Made by a program: the position numbers and the translations under genes | The notes under the pieces: model-generated | What the model saw: only the letters and a program-made list of their open reading frames with translations | Database searches by the model: none | Told to the model about the DNA's origin: nothing | Shown here: piece by piece, positions 35,575-49,182 of the stretch | Numbering within the stretch: the first letter of the stretch is position 1 | Layout: each line of letters starts with the position of its first letter | NCBI GenBank assembly: GCA_024679065.1 | Contig: JAGIQG010000043.1 | Coordinates: forward strand, 2,170,001-2,234,000 | From: Sphyrna mokarran | Lineage: Eukaryota | DNA length: 64,000 nucleotides | Direction of reading: 5' to 3'

Positions 35575-37149
35575 TGTCCTTGAGCGAGACCATGAGACTC
35601 TGAGCCCCTGTTCTAAATTTCACTGAGAACTGGCTCTTGTTCTTTCTGTGTGGGGGAGGTGTGAAATACGCGCACTCTGTACATGAATGAAAACATGACA
35701 GGGGTTTGAAAATAGAACCGAGGTAGAGAGCTGTCTGCGGTTTTCCTGTTTACTACAGGCCCAGTGCTGGCGAGCATTCGGCATGTTCTCCAAAATGTGT
35801 CAAATATCTCACTCACATCAGCTACACCAGACATGGAGTGCAGAGCACGGCTCTTCCGAATCTGGTAAGGATTCCCAGGTTGTGGAAAAGGTGCAGTTAA
35901 CATTTCACAACGAATGATACCAGAAATGAGAGCGTGAAACTGTCAGTGAGCCTTGAGGTAGTTGGTGCTCTGTATCTCTAAAAGAAAAATTGAAAATTGA
36001 GGGCTGATCCACTGAAATATTTGCAATTATGAAATGGTTCAACAAGGCAGAAGTCGGATTCCAAGATATTGCAGGATGAGTTTGTCGCTAAGCAGGAATT
36101 CAGGACAAAAATGTATCTAGGAAGAATGGGGAGGATATGGAAGTCGGTTGCATAGGGAATGCTTTTGATTGGATTAGAATTGATTTGATTTCTTACTGTC
36201 ACATGTATTTTAATACAGTGAAAAGTATTGTTTCTTGCGCGCCATACAGACAAAGCATACTGTTTAGAGAGTGAACACAATCGATTTATTATTGTCACAT
36301 GTACTGGACTAAAGTGAAAAGTATTGTTCCTTGAGCGCTATGCGGACAAGACATACCGTTCATAGAATATATAAATTTGATTTATTATTGTCACATGTAT
36401 TAGGATACATTGGAAAGTATTATTTCTTACGCGCTATACAGACAAAGCATACTGTTCATCGGGAAAGAAAATAGAATGTAGTGTCACTATCATTGCCAGG
36501 CTGAAGAGAAAGTTGAACTTAATGCAAAGTGGGCCCATTTTTCGTTTATAATAATACATGTGACAATAATAAATCAAACCAAATCAAATTAAAATGTGCC
36601 CATTAAAAATAAATGGCACTATTAAGATCTTTCTGATTATGGCGTTAGTTGCCCGATTTTCCTCCTCATGTCCGCTTGAGACGAATGACAAAGATGTATT
36701 TTAATTGGGCAGCTGGATAGACACCAATGAGAGAAAGGAGTAGAAGGATATGTTGATGGAGTGATAGAAAGAAAGAATGGGGTACCTCTGGAACATTGAC
36801 AGCAGCTGATAGGCCGAATGGTCCAAAACTGTTCTGTGCTTTTTATGTAATTGTGTCAGAAAAACATGAAATCAAAGCCATCCTTTGATACTCTGATATG
36901 CGAACAATTATTGCTGCCTCTATGCTTTACATGGATTGCAACAGGGCATAGTCCACATTACTTCAGAGAGATTACAATTGTCTAGTTTAATGTTGAGCCT
37001 GGCCCGAATATAGGATGTCCCCAGGTTCTTGGTAGCCGGTGATATGTCTTTGCAAATGCACTTAGTTTGGAAATATAGGAGACTCAGTCAGGTTCGTGCA
37101 AAACGGGATGCTGAAAATTGACAATTGATAAAGTTTGGATAAGTTAACT

Positions 37150-37940
37150 TACAGAAGCATAAAACTCCTATAGTGCAGAAGGAAGGCCATTCAGCCCACT
37201 GAGCCTGCACTGCTAGCAAATGCACCCAGGCGCTATCGCCGTGACCCCACACACTTAGCCTGCAAATTCCTCTGACACTAAGAGACTATGTAGCATGTCC
37301 AATCTACCAAACATGCACATCTTTATCCACTAAGGAACAATTTAGCACGGACAATCCGGCGTCCTGCACATCTTTGGATAGTTGGGGAGAATTTAGCTTG
37401 GCCAATCCACATAACCTGCACATCTTTGAACACTAATGGACAACTTTCTCATGGCCAATCAGACAACCGGCACATATTTGGCCACTCAGGGACAATTTTG
37501 CAGGACCAATCCAGAATACCTGAACATCGTTGGATACTAAGACTAATAGAGGTGTATAAAATTATGAAGGGCACAGATAGGGTGAAGCTTTTTCCCAGGT
37601 CGGAGGTGACGAGCACAAGGGGTCATAGTTTCAAGGTGAGGGTGGGGGGGAGCAAAGTTCAACGCAGATGTCAGGGGGACGTATTTCATACAGAGGGTGA
37701 TGGAGGCCTGGAAAGCAATACCAAGCAAGGTGGTTGATGCGGATACACTGGGATTGTTTAAGACTTATCTCGATAACCACATGAACAGACTGAGAATAGA
37801 GGGATACAAACGAATGGTCTAATTGGTCACATGAACGGCGCGGGCTTGGAGGGCAGAAGGGCCTGCTTCTGCGCCGTACTGTTCTTTGTTCTAAGGGGCA
37901 ATTAAGCATGGTCAATCCACCTAATTGCACATTGTTGGTC
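37150..37940 (-). mobile_element. V-SINE tandem array interrupted by a plus-strand CR1 3' fragment (~37538-37892)
   Basis: 52-bp units flank LIEVYKIMKGTDRV...TRGHSFKV and a CR1 tail. Confidence 0.7.
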
Positions 37941-40361
37941 ATTGACATTTAAACTTAGTGTTCTAGTTTACAGATCCTGTCCCAGACACATCAATCGCCA
38001 TTTTTATTAATTCCTGTTGCTCCTTTTAACAAATCCTCTTAAATCAGTGCCATGTAACTCTTGATATTTTGCCGTTTTAACAACTTTAGTAGTCGTTCTT
38101 TTTTTACAGAAATGACAAATGGTGATAGAACATAGAAACAGACAAGGCTCTAAACTCAAAACTAAATAAAAATAACCCGATTTGTTCTATTTAAGCAAAT
38201 CTTCGCCCTTCATCTTAATGTAGGTTATCTTAATGCAGGGAGAGTAACATTGTTTCTTTATCATTGCGCTTCACAAGCCTGTTTAAATAGCAGGTGCCTG
38301 ATTACTTGTTCTCTACTATCCAAGACCATCTCTACACAGCTTAGTGGTGGCACTTGCTGTCGACTGTATGATGGTGAGTTGACATTCCTGATTAAACATT
38401 AACAAAGGGGTGGTAGTTATAGGACGGATGTCAGAGGTAGGTTCGCTACTCACAGGTAGTAAGGACGTGGAATGTCCTGCCTGCAGCAGTTGTGGACTCG
38501 CCAAGTTTACGGGCGTTTAAATGGTCAGTGGATAGGCATATGATTAACATTGGAATAGTTTAGGTTAGAGGGTCATTAGATGTTTCCACTGGTTGGCGCA
38601 ACATCGAGCGCCGAAGGGCCTGTACTACGCTGTAATGTTCTACGTTCTATGTTCTATGTCCTATGTCTTATTCCTGATTAATCTGTATACTTGGGCGCAG
38701 TACATTTTTTCCCAACTCCTAATAATCTATCATTGATCTCTTGAACGATAAAGTTGCCCTGTGCTGAGAAACTGGAAAAAATATGTTAAATTCTCTGTAG
38801 AACGCGAAAATGAGACTTCAGCGCATTGAAACACAATATTTTGAAGGATGGTGACATGACAGATCCGAAGGAAAATGATTCCCCCTTGGCTGGAAAATAT
38901 GTCAAATAGTCTTAGTGTGAAGAAGTTGACTATTTCAGAATGAGTGAAGAATTTTCTGCGCCTCAAGGATAATAGATGGTTGGGCTCTACCCAAGTGACC
39001 TGTCAATGTTCAGTCACTCATGACCCGGTCCCTGGTGCTGTGAGACAGCGGTGCTATCCACTGTGTCACCGTGCCGCCCAGGAACTTAGTCAATGGAGTG
39101 AAAGTCAACGGTGACTGGCACAAGCAGGATCAATGAATGTAATGTCGTTACTGGAAAATACCGGCTCAAACTATGGATCAAACACCTCGGCTCAAAATTC
39201 AAATTTGTAAAATGTATTTTGTGTATAAAGTATTTTGAGTCGGAACTATTCGCTCTGTTATGAAACAAGAAACTAGTTAGCATTTTGAAGTCACGAATAT
39301 TAGAGGAACATTTATTCAAATATTCCAATAAGACATCCCAGTAGAATCAGCCGCTTTAGTGAAACAAATTAGGATACGGTTTAGAACACGGTTTTCTGTG
39401 ATACTTACTGTAAAGCGTCAACATGCACCACTCTAACAGACCAAAGACACTTATAAACTGCTGGTGGATCAAATCTTTCATTTTTGGGAGTTCGGCAGTT
39501 AATCCAATGAGAATATTAAAACAGTAAAGTCAATGTTCTAGTTTCCCTACGAGAATCTATAGCAATTATTCCAGCAGGGACGTTCAAAAGAATGAGAAGA
39601 AACAGAGCGGGTAGACCAGAGCTAGATCCATTGTTCTTAATGTGAAGGCCCTGGTAGAACAAATTAGTGCCACAACAGACTGGGAGGTGAACAGAGAGGG
39701 CGCTCCTTCCGGAATGGTTGAAATGCTCTGCAAAAAAATCTTTGACCTTTAAAGTCAAGGAAAATATTCGTGAGATTTTCAGCAGAGAGCCAGGCTTGGC
39801 AGCAGAAAGACAGAAAGGCGTTGTCTGTGGCCACGCTTGCATGGTGTGACCTTAAGAGAGACGCCTCACTCACAGCCCTTTCGGGGACTGTGCAAAAGCA
39901 GCAATCGCTGGTCGAGATTCTGACCACGTTGATACATAAAGTTGTCCGAGACTACAGTTCAATGTGGTTTTTCGTTTGTTTACAGTCCAGATGCTACACC
40001 TGCCCAACTGCCTCCAGAGATCAGAAGCTGAGACACAATAGAAAACCGCAGACAGTTGGGCATTCGAGGTAGATTTAGCTGTTCAGAGAGCCTGCTGGTT
40101 TACAATTAAGCCATATTACAGGAAACTATTCAAACGAGTATTTTTCACAATTTGGACGCATTGCTAGTGTTGATTACAATTTGCAGAAACCCCCTCTGAT
40201 TCACAACAGACGCACTCATTTCATCTGCAGGTCAGACGAACTGCAGTTTGTACATTGTACACTCAAACAGCAAATCACTGAGATTTTCAACACAATTTCA
40301 ATCAATTTGCATATAATTCATAGAATATTTTCACTTCTCTTCCTTCGGCAGGAATCATAGA

Positions 40362-40895
40362 ATATAGAACATAGAACAATACAGCACAAACAGGCCATTC
40401 GGCCCACGAGTTGCGCTGATCACATCCACCAATCCACAGACCTATCTATAACCCCCTATCCTATTCGTTTCCAAATGCCCATCCAGAAGTCTCTTAAAAG
40501 ACCCCAGCGTGTTTGCCTCAACAACCCCCAACGGCAGTCCGTTCCATTCACTGACCACCCTCGGAGTGAAAAACCTACCCCTGACATCTCCTTTGTATTT
40601 GCTTCCCTGCACCTTAAATCCGTGTCCTCTCGTAGTGACCATTTCATGTGGTGAAATAATCTCTGGGAGTCCACCCTATCTATCCCTCTCAACATTGTAT
40701 AAACCTCTATCAGGTCGCCTCTCAACCTACGTCTCTCCAGTGAGAAGAGTCCCTGCTCCCTCAACCTATCCTCATCAGGCCTGCCTCCCAATCCAGGCAG
40801 CATCCTCGTAAATCTCCTCTGAATTCTCTCAATAGCCTCTACATCCTTCCTATGATGAGGCGACCAAAACTGCGCACAATACTCCAACTGGGGCA
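40362..40895 (-). mobile_element. CR1 3' fragment
   Basis: [35 protein letters not shown]. Confidence 0.88.
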
Positions 40896-41677
40896 ATCAT
40901 GTGCAATCTCTTTAAAGAATGAATTAGATTGAGCACAATTACATTACAGCCTGTTGTCACAGTTGGTAGCAGTGCTTTCTCACAGCGCCTGGGACCTGGC
41001 TTCGATTCCTGCCTTGTATCACTGTCTGCCTGGAGTCTGAATGTTCTCCTCATGCCGACGCAGGTTTCCTCTGGGTGCTCGGTTTTCCTCTCACAGTGTG
41101 AAAGTGTGCAGTCTTAGTGGATTGGTCCTGCTAAATTGCCTCTTCGTGTCCAAAGATGCATCGTTTAGCCTGATTAGCCATGTAAATTATCCCATAGTGT
41201 TCAAACATGTGCAGGGTAGGTGGATTGACCATAACCAACTGCCCTTTAGTGCTTTTCGATGTGCTGGATAGAAAGATTGGTAATGCTAAATTCATAGGAT
41301 TGGATCATATAACACGTTTAATGAGGATTTCCCCTTTCGTGTCCCGAGATGTGTAGGTCAAGGGGATGTTCCACAGCTCCTAGGGGCACTTTATCATTCT
41401 GGTATTCCAGTTAATCTGTCCGTGTCGTCTGGAGGTAGAACTCTTAGTGTTTGCATGCGCACTGGCAGGAATACGGAATATGATCAGAGACTGCCTGCAG
41501 TGCAGAAGGAAGCACTAATTTACCCAGATCCACATCACCCACCTTATCCCCATAACAACGCAGAATGAACACGACTAATCCACCTAACCTATACATTGTT
41601 GGCACTAAGGGGCAATTTAGCACGGTCAATCCACCTACCCCGCACATCTTTGGATACTAAGGAGCAATTTAGCATGT

Positions 41678-42467
41678 CCAATGTGGAAAAGTGTGAGCTA
41701 ATGCACTTTGGCAGGAACAATAAATGTGTAGAGTATAGGGCTAATGGTAGGGCTCTTAATAGTGTTGAGGAACAGAAGGATCTTGGTGTATGTGTCAATA
41801 GATCCCTGAAAGTAGGCAGTCAAGTGGATAAAGTTGTTAAGAAGGCATATGGAGTCTTAGCTTTTATTGGTAGGGGGATTGAATTTAGGAGCCGCAGCAT
41901 CATGTTGCAACTGTACAAAACTCTAGTGCGGCCGCACTTGGAGTATTGTGTGCAGTTCTGGTCCCCACATTATAAGAAAGATGTGGAGGCATTGGAGAGG
42001 GTACAGAGGAGGTTTACCAGGATGTTGCCTGGTATGGAGGGCAGGTCCTATGAAGAGAGGTTGAAGGATTTGAGGTTGTTTTCGTTAGAAAGGAGGCGGC
42101 TAAGAGGGGATCTTATTGAAGCATATAAGATGATTAGAGGTTTAGATAGGGTGGACAGTGATAGCCTTTTTCCTAGGATGGAGAAGCTAGCACGAGGGGA
42201 CACAGCTTTAAATTAAGGGGTATGAGTTATAGGACGGATATCAGAGGTAGGTTCTTTACTCAAAGAGTGATTAGGGAGTGGAATGCCCTGCCTGCAGCTG
42301 TTGTAGATGCGCCAAGTTTGGTGGCGTTTAAGAGGTTAATTGATAAGTATATGGAAGAGAAGGGAATGGTTTAGTTTGGAGGGGCATTGCTTTTTATTTT
42401 GGTCGGCACAACATCGAAGGCCGAAGGGCCTGTTCTGTGCTGTAATGTTCTATGTTCTATGTTCTAT
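41678..42467 (+). mobile_element. Young CR1 3' fragment inserted into a V-SINE tandem array
   Basis: NVEKCELMHFGRNN...[17 protein letters not shown]...; (ttctatg)n tail; 52-bp SINE units on both sides. Confidence 0.92.
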
Positions 42468-43702
42468 AATTTTCACATCTTTAGACAGTAAGCGACAACT
42501 TAGCACGGTCAATCCACCTAATCTACACAAATTTAGACACTAAGGAGCAATTTGGCATGACCAATGCAACTAATCTGCTCTTTTTGGATACTAATGTGCA
42601 ATTTAGCATGGCCAATCCACCTAATTTACAAATCTTTAGACAGTAAGGTACAATTTGGCACGGCCATTCCATCCTAACCTGCACATCTTTGGACATCATC
42701 ATTTTCGAAAGAAAATCCTTGCTAAGGAATTCACATCCCGCGAATGAATTGAAATTTAGCTGAAATAGAAAACATATCACCACACAATTATTGTACTGAA
42801 ACACTCCCTGAAGACATGCTGCCTGTCCATCGCTATGGCGCACAGTCGATGGCCACACTGTGTCAAGTGAATGTGGAATTCACCAGCACACCGCACCAAA
42901 CTTGTGTCAGACTTTCCATTGCACAGCCCGTCATAATTTCCACTGTATCTGAAAGGGACAAAGTTCTCTGGGTTTGAGCTCAGGTCAACCTGCAGCCATT
43001 AACCCTACAGAAACAAACAGGTCCACAAAACATGTAGAAATAGCACGTAAAGATATCCAAAGAATTGTTATATGCAAGATTCATTTTCCTGTTGTTGCAG
43101 GTTTATGTTGAGTAAAAGAGGTAAGAACTATCAGCTAGAATAAGTATTCACACAGTAAAAACTGTGACCCCATCTTCAGATGAAAGGAACTACTCTGTTC
43201 ATGCGAGTTTGCTTTTTTTTTCCTCACATAAATGTTCATTAAAGGTTCAGTAATGCCCTTTAGGGAAGGAATTTTCCCTCCCTTATCTGGTTTGCCCGAC
43301 ATGTGGACTCTTGAGCTAGAGTAATGTGATTGATTTTTAACGGCCCTCCAAAAGCAACTAGGGATGGTCAAAAAATGGTGGCCCAGCCAGCAACACCCGT
43401 GTCTCAAAAATGAACATTCAAAAAAGCTTGTGATGGCTTCATTTTACTTTTATATAGTAAAATATGATTTTATTTGAACCCTAAATATCAGTGCAATGGT
43501 TCACTGCACTGTGTTTTCAAAGAGCCAATTTTTCCCTAAATCCTTCGCTCCTTTTCTCTATTTTCCTCCCTAACTTCCTTTTGTTTCAGAGGGTATTTGA
43601 TAGTAAACAAGGTGGCTTTGGAATAGAGATACATGTCATCCAGGCCAGGTGAGAACGATCGATTTCCTTCCCGAAACCAGTTGTATTTTACGACAATCCA
43701 CA

Positions 43703-44060
43703 ACAGAACATAGAACATTACAGCGCAGAACAGGCCCTTCGGCCTTCGATGTTGCGCCGACCAATTATGAAAAAAGCAATGACCCTCCAAACTAAACGAT
43801 TCCCCTCTCTTCCATAAACTTATCAACTAACCTCTTAAACGCCACCAAACGTGGCGCATCTAAAACAGCCGCAGGCAGGGCATTCCACTCCCTAAACACC
43901 CTCTGGGTAAAGAACCTACCTCTGATATCCGTCCTATAACTATCACCTCTTAATTTAAAGCTGTGTCCCCTCGTGCTAGCTTTCTCCATCCTAGGAAAAA
44001 GACTATCACTGTCCACCCTATCTAAATCTCTAATCATTTTATATGTTTCGATAAGGTCTC
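43703..44060 (-). mobile_element. Young CR1 3' fragment
   Basis: Same subfamily and tail. Confidence 0.88.
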
Positions 44061-44499
44061 AATGGTTTAATGATCATCATTAGACTTCTGAACCCAAATT
44101 TCTATTGGAGACAAGATCCCGGGTGAGGTCGTCCTCATGAATGGGGGACTTGGCTATAATTTTGTGTTTGGCGAGTATGCGTTTTCTTGTATCTTGAACA
44201 CCGCCTTGGAGACCGCTTACCCGTCACTGTACATCCCTCCACATACATTGTCTGCACCTGTAAAGACTTGATTAACTGTAAAGACTCGCATTCCAACCAT
44301 TGTCTTGCAATTGTGTCTCTATCTATATATACCGTGCTTGTGAACCCACCTTTCCTCTCACCTGAGAAAGGAGCAGTGTTTCAAAGGCTCGTAATTCCAA
44401 ATAAACCTGCTGGACTTTATCCTGCTGTTGTGAGATTTATTACTGTCCTACACAATATTGAAGATTCATTTCCATGGCAACGTTGTTATCATTGTATTA

Positions 44500-44840
44500 T
44501 CATAGAATTTTACAGCGCAGAAAGAGGCCCTTCGGCCCATTGAGTTTCCCCCAAAACAATCCTACCCAGGCCCTACCCCCTTATCCCTATACATTATACC
44601 ACTAATCCCTCTAACCTACACATCCCTAGACGCTAAGGGGCAATTTCTTAGCATAGCCAATCAACCTGACCCACATATCTTTGGACTGTGAGAGAAACCG
44701 GAGCACCCGGAGGAAACCCACACACATACAGGGAGAATGTACAAACTCTACACAGACAATGACCCGAACCGAGAATCGAACCCTGAACCCTGGAGCTATA
44801 AAGCAACAGTGCTAACCACTGTGCTACCGTGTCGCCCTAC
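44500..44840 (-). mobile_element. V-SINE (HE1-like)
   Basis: Complete reversed head (gggcgacacggtagcacagtggttagcactg) and tail. Confidence 0.75.
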
Positions 44841-46344
44841 CAGAATTGTAGGATGCAATCTTTATGGAGTTATGCATTTTTCTCTATTTCATTATTCAGA
44901 TGTTACTAATTCTAAGTTTGTGAAGCTTTGCAAGAAAGTTTCCAGTTAGCGATAAAGGATCAACATCAGTCTAACTATTTATTCCTCAATCAAGAAAAGC
45001 AATCGGATTTGGTTCAAGTTGTAGTTTCACCTATTTTGTAAATTCCATCTCCCAGACACTGGCAAAGTGTATTGCCGATTTAATAGATCTCCTATTTGAC
45101 TATCCCTTTCTTGTTCACGAGAACTTTGATTATATTATGAATATAAATGCTGGATAAAATCAGCAGTTCTGGCAGATCCGTGGAGACAGAATTGCAGTTT
45201 CACAGACATTCTCTCTCGCCACCATGACGCTCAGTGTATACCAATAATTGACCAAAGATCCTTCGACAGCACCTTCCGAACTTATGACCACTGCCTTGTA
45301 GAAGAACTAGAGCAGCTTATGCATGAGAACACCACCATCTGCAAGTTCCCCTTCGAGCCACTCACCATCCTGACTTGGAAATATATTGGCCGTCACTAGG
45401 CCAACATCCTGGAATTCTCTCCCTAACGGCCATTTTGTCAACCTATAGTAGGTGGACTGAAGTCTTTCAAGAAGTCAGCTCGCTTCATTCGGGCCATTGA
45501 GAAGGGGAACGAATTCTACCCATCCAGCGACCACCATATCCCAGGAATTAATAAACAAAATGAACATTTTAGATTCATGTGAGTTGTGCAGAATTTGAAT
45601 TGCGGTGTTGGGTTCTCTGAAACACATCTCAGTTTAGCATGAAGATATTGGAATTAAAAAGGGATACATTACGAGAACGCGTTACACAGAGTAAACTTAT
45701 TCCTTCCAGCGGGTAAAATTATGAGATGGTCTAATCTCTTTGTTTAAGTTTGAAAAATAATGTGATGAGTTGATGGAGGGAAATAGTGTCCTCTGACGGG
45801 GGCGGATTGGAGGAGCTTTCCATAACATGGTGTCAGAGCTTTTCAATTACTGCCAGAGTGTTTAGGGGTGATGTCAGGGTGCACTTTCCCAGTGTGGACT
45901 GGTACTGTGGATCACTGTCTCCCAAGAAGATCTTGATGCAACGATAAATGTCATTTTGTTGGATTATGTTACAGGGCCCCGTGTTCAATTCCGACTCCGA
46001 CACATGGCAAAAGATAAACACAACACAAAACATTTGGAATTAAATTCTAATGTATAATTAAAACCAGTTGTTGTAAAAAAGTCCGTGTTGACAAATCACT
46101 CATTAGTTGAAGGGTAAATAAGGATGGCCAATACATACTGGTGAACCGGTGACGCCGCCATTCCATGAATGAACTAATTGAAGAAATAGTGAAGTTTCTC
46201 CCTGGGAAAGAAAAGGGCCTCAAGCTTCCAATGTTTGCAATATCGAAATTGCAACGGATATACATCATCACCTCAATGAAACGTCCTTTGAATTTCACTT
46301 TCATAATGAACTATTTATTTTATTCAGGAGGCCAGTATCATTTA

Positions 46345-46903
46345 CATAGAACATAGAACATAGAACAATACAGCACAGAACAGGCCCTTCGGCCTTCGAT
46401 GTTGTGCCGACCAAAATAAAAAGCAATGCCCCTCCAAACTAAACCATTCCCTTCTCTTCCATATACTTATCAATTAACCTCTTAAACGCCACCAAACTTG
46501 GCGCATCTACAACAGCTGCAGGCAGGGCATTCCACTCCCTAATCACTCTTTGAGTAAAGAACCTACCTCTGATATCCGTCCTATAACTCATACCCCTTAA
46601 TTTAAAGCTGTGTCCCCTCGTGCTAGCTTTCTCCATCCTAGGAAAAAGGCTATCACTGTCCACCCTATCTAAACCTCTAATCATCTTATATGCTTCAATA
46701 AGATCCCCTCTTAGCCGCCTCCTTTCTAACGAAAACAACCTCAAATCCTTCAACCTCTCTTCATAGGACCTGCCCTCCATACCAGGCAACATCCTGGTAA
46801 ACCTCCTCTGTACCCTCTCCAATGCCTCCACATCTTTCTTATAATGTGGCGACCAGAACTGCACACAATACTCCAAGTGCGGCCGCACTAGAGTTTTGTA
46901 CAT
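46345..46903 (-). mobile_element. Young CR1 3' fragment
   Basis: 154-aa [19 protein letters not shown]...MEEKGMV. Confidence 0.92.
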
Positions 46904-47479
46904 CCATTGATGTATCGATTCATCAACTGATTTTGTTTATGCTTCACGCTATCTCCGAAAAATCGCGAGGTTATCTAAGGACCCCATTCACCCCAGACAA
47001 ACTCTCTTCCACCTTCTTCCGTCAGTAAAAAAAAATATACAGAAGTCTGAGATCAGCTACCAACCAACTTAAGAACAGCGTCTTCCCTGCTGCCAACAGA
47101 TTTTTGAATGAACATGCCATTATTAAGTGCTCTTTCTCTACATCTATGACTGTAACAATACATTCTGCAGCCTCTCCTATCATTCTCCCCTATGTACTCT
47201 CTGTGAAATGTATGTTTTGTCAGCAAGAAACAATAATTTTCAGTGTACCCCAATCCATGTAACGATAATACATCAAATCAAACCAAATTAAATCAAACAT
47301 TCAGGCTTTCTTCCAATGAAGAGGAAACAGATGAAACCATCTGAACTGCGTCATATCCCGGAAACAGATCGTCGGAAGTCAATTAGGCCAGATGACCATT
47401 AGTTGTAGGAGCAAAATTTGGCCATTTGGCGCATCGCGTCTGCTCCACCATCTGGTCATGACTGATCGGTTTCTCATTC

Positions 47480-47808
47480 CTTGGAAACCCTGCAGTGCAG
47501 AAAGAGGCCACTCTGTCCATGGAGTCCGCACCGACAACAATCTCACACAGGCCCTATCCCCTATTTTACCCGCTAATCTGTCTCACCGACGCATCCCATG
47601 ACACAAAGTGACAATTTAACTTGGTCAATCCACATAGCCCGGACATCTTTGGATTGTGGTAGAAAACCGGAGCACCGGGAGGAAACCCACACAGACATGG
47701 GGAGAATGTGCAAACTCTGCACAGACAGTGACCCGAGCCAGGAATAGAACCCAGGTCCCTGGAGCTGTGAAGCAACAGTGCTAACCACTATGCTACTGTG
47801 CTGCCCAA
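47480..47808 (-). mobile_element. V-SINE (HE1-like)
   Basis: Reversed gggcagcacagtagcatagtggttagcactgttgcttcacagctccagggacc head. Confidence 0.75.
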
Positions 47809-48154
47809 ACTCCCACCTTTTCCCTGTCAGATTTGATTCTCTTAACAATCAAAAACGCATCAATCTGTCAAATACACTCAGCGGCCTGGCCTCCAGAGTC
47901 ATCTGCGGCAACGAATTCCACAGATACACCACCTCTGGCTGAAGACATTGTTTCTCATCTCAGATCTTAGGAAATGCCCAGTTACTCCGAGAGGTGCCCT
48001 CGAATCCTAGTCATTGCTGCTAATGGAAGAATCTTCTATATGTCCACTCGATCCAGGCGTTTTAGTATTCTGCAAATTTCAATGAGATCCCCCCCACCCT
48101 TCTAAACTCCATTGAGTACAGACCCATTGCCCTCATATTGGAGCCTCCATATTG

Positions 48155-49182
48155 GCATATGGAGTCTTAGCTTTTAATTGGTAGGGGGATTGAATTGAGG
48201 AGCCGCAGCATCATGTTGCAGCTGTACAAAACTCTAGTGCGGCCGCACTTGGAGTATTGTGTGCAGTTCTGGTCGCCACATTATAAGAAAGATGTGGAGG
48301 CATTGGAGAGGGTACAGAGGAGGTTTACTAGGATGTTGCCTGGTATGGAGGGCAGGTCCTATGAAGAGAGGTTGAAGGATTTGAGGTTGTTTTCGTTAGA
48401 AAGGAGGCGGCTAAGGGGGGATCTTTGAAACATATAAGATAATTAGAGGTTTGGATAGGGTGGACAGTGATAGCCTTTTTCCTAGGATGGAAAAAGCTAG
48501 CACGAGGGGACACAACTTTAAATTAAGGGGTATGAGTTATAGGACGGATATCAGAGGTAGGTTCTTTACTCAAGAGTGATTAGGGAGTGGAATGCCCTGC
48601 CTGCAGCTGTTGTAGATGCGCCAAGTTTGGTGGCGTTTAAGAGGTTAGTTGATAAGTATATGGATGAGAAGGGAATGGCTTAGTTAGGAGGGGCATTGCT
48701 TTTTATTTTGGTCGGCACAACATCGAAGGCCGAAGGGCCTGTTCTGTGCTGTATTGTTCTATGTTCTATGTTCTATGATTTGAGGTTGTTTTCGTTAGAA
48801 AGGAGGCGGCTAAGAGGGGATCTTATTGAAGCATATAAGATGATTAGAGGTTTAGATAGGGTGGACAGTGATAGCCTTTTTCCTAGGATGGATAAAGCTA
48901 GCACGAGGGGACACAGCTTTAAATTAAGGGGTATGAGTTATAGGACGGATATCAGAGGTAGGTTCTTTACTCAAAGAGTGATTAGGGAGTGGAATGCCCT
49001 GCCTCAGCTGTTGTAGATGCGCCAAGTTTGGTGGCGTTTAAGAGGTTAGTTGATAAGTATATGGATGAGAAGGGAATGGTTTAGTTAGGAGGGGCATTGC
49101 TTTTTATTTTGGTCGGCACAACATCGAAGGCCGAAGGGCCTGTTCTGTGCTGTATTGTTCTATGTTCTATGTTCTATGTTCT
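48155..49182 (+). mobile_element. Two head-to-tail young CR1 3' fragments (48155-48776 and 48777-49182)
   Basis: The second unit restarts at gatttgaggttgttttcg immediately after the (ttctatg)n tail of the first. Confidence 0.9.

Noticed and set aside
41596-42216. 206-aa ORF and similar RT-like ORFs as host genes
   Set aside because: 5'-truncated CR1 ORF2 ends fused by chance to SINE sequence.
42780-43010. Possible relic V exon after a minus-strand acceptor (TLSLSDTVEIMTGC...VW)
   Set aside because: Stops in the candidate frames and no DxGxYYC or J motif.
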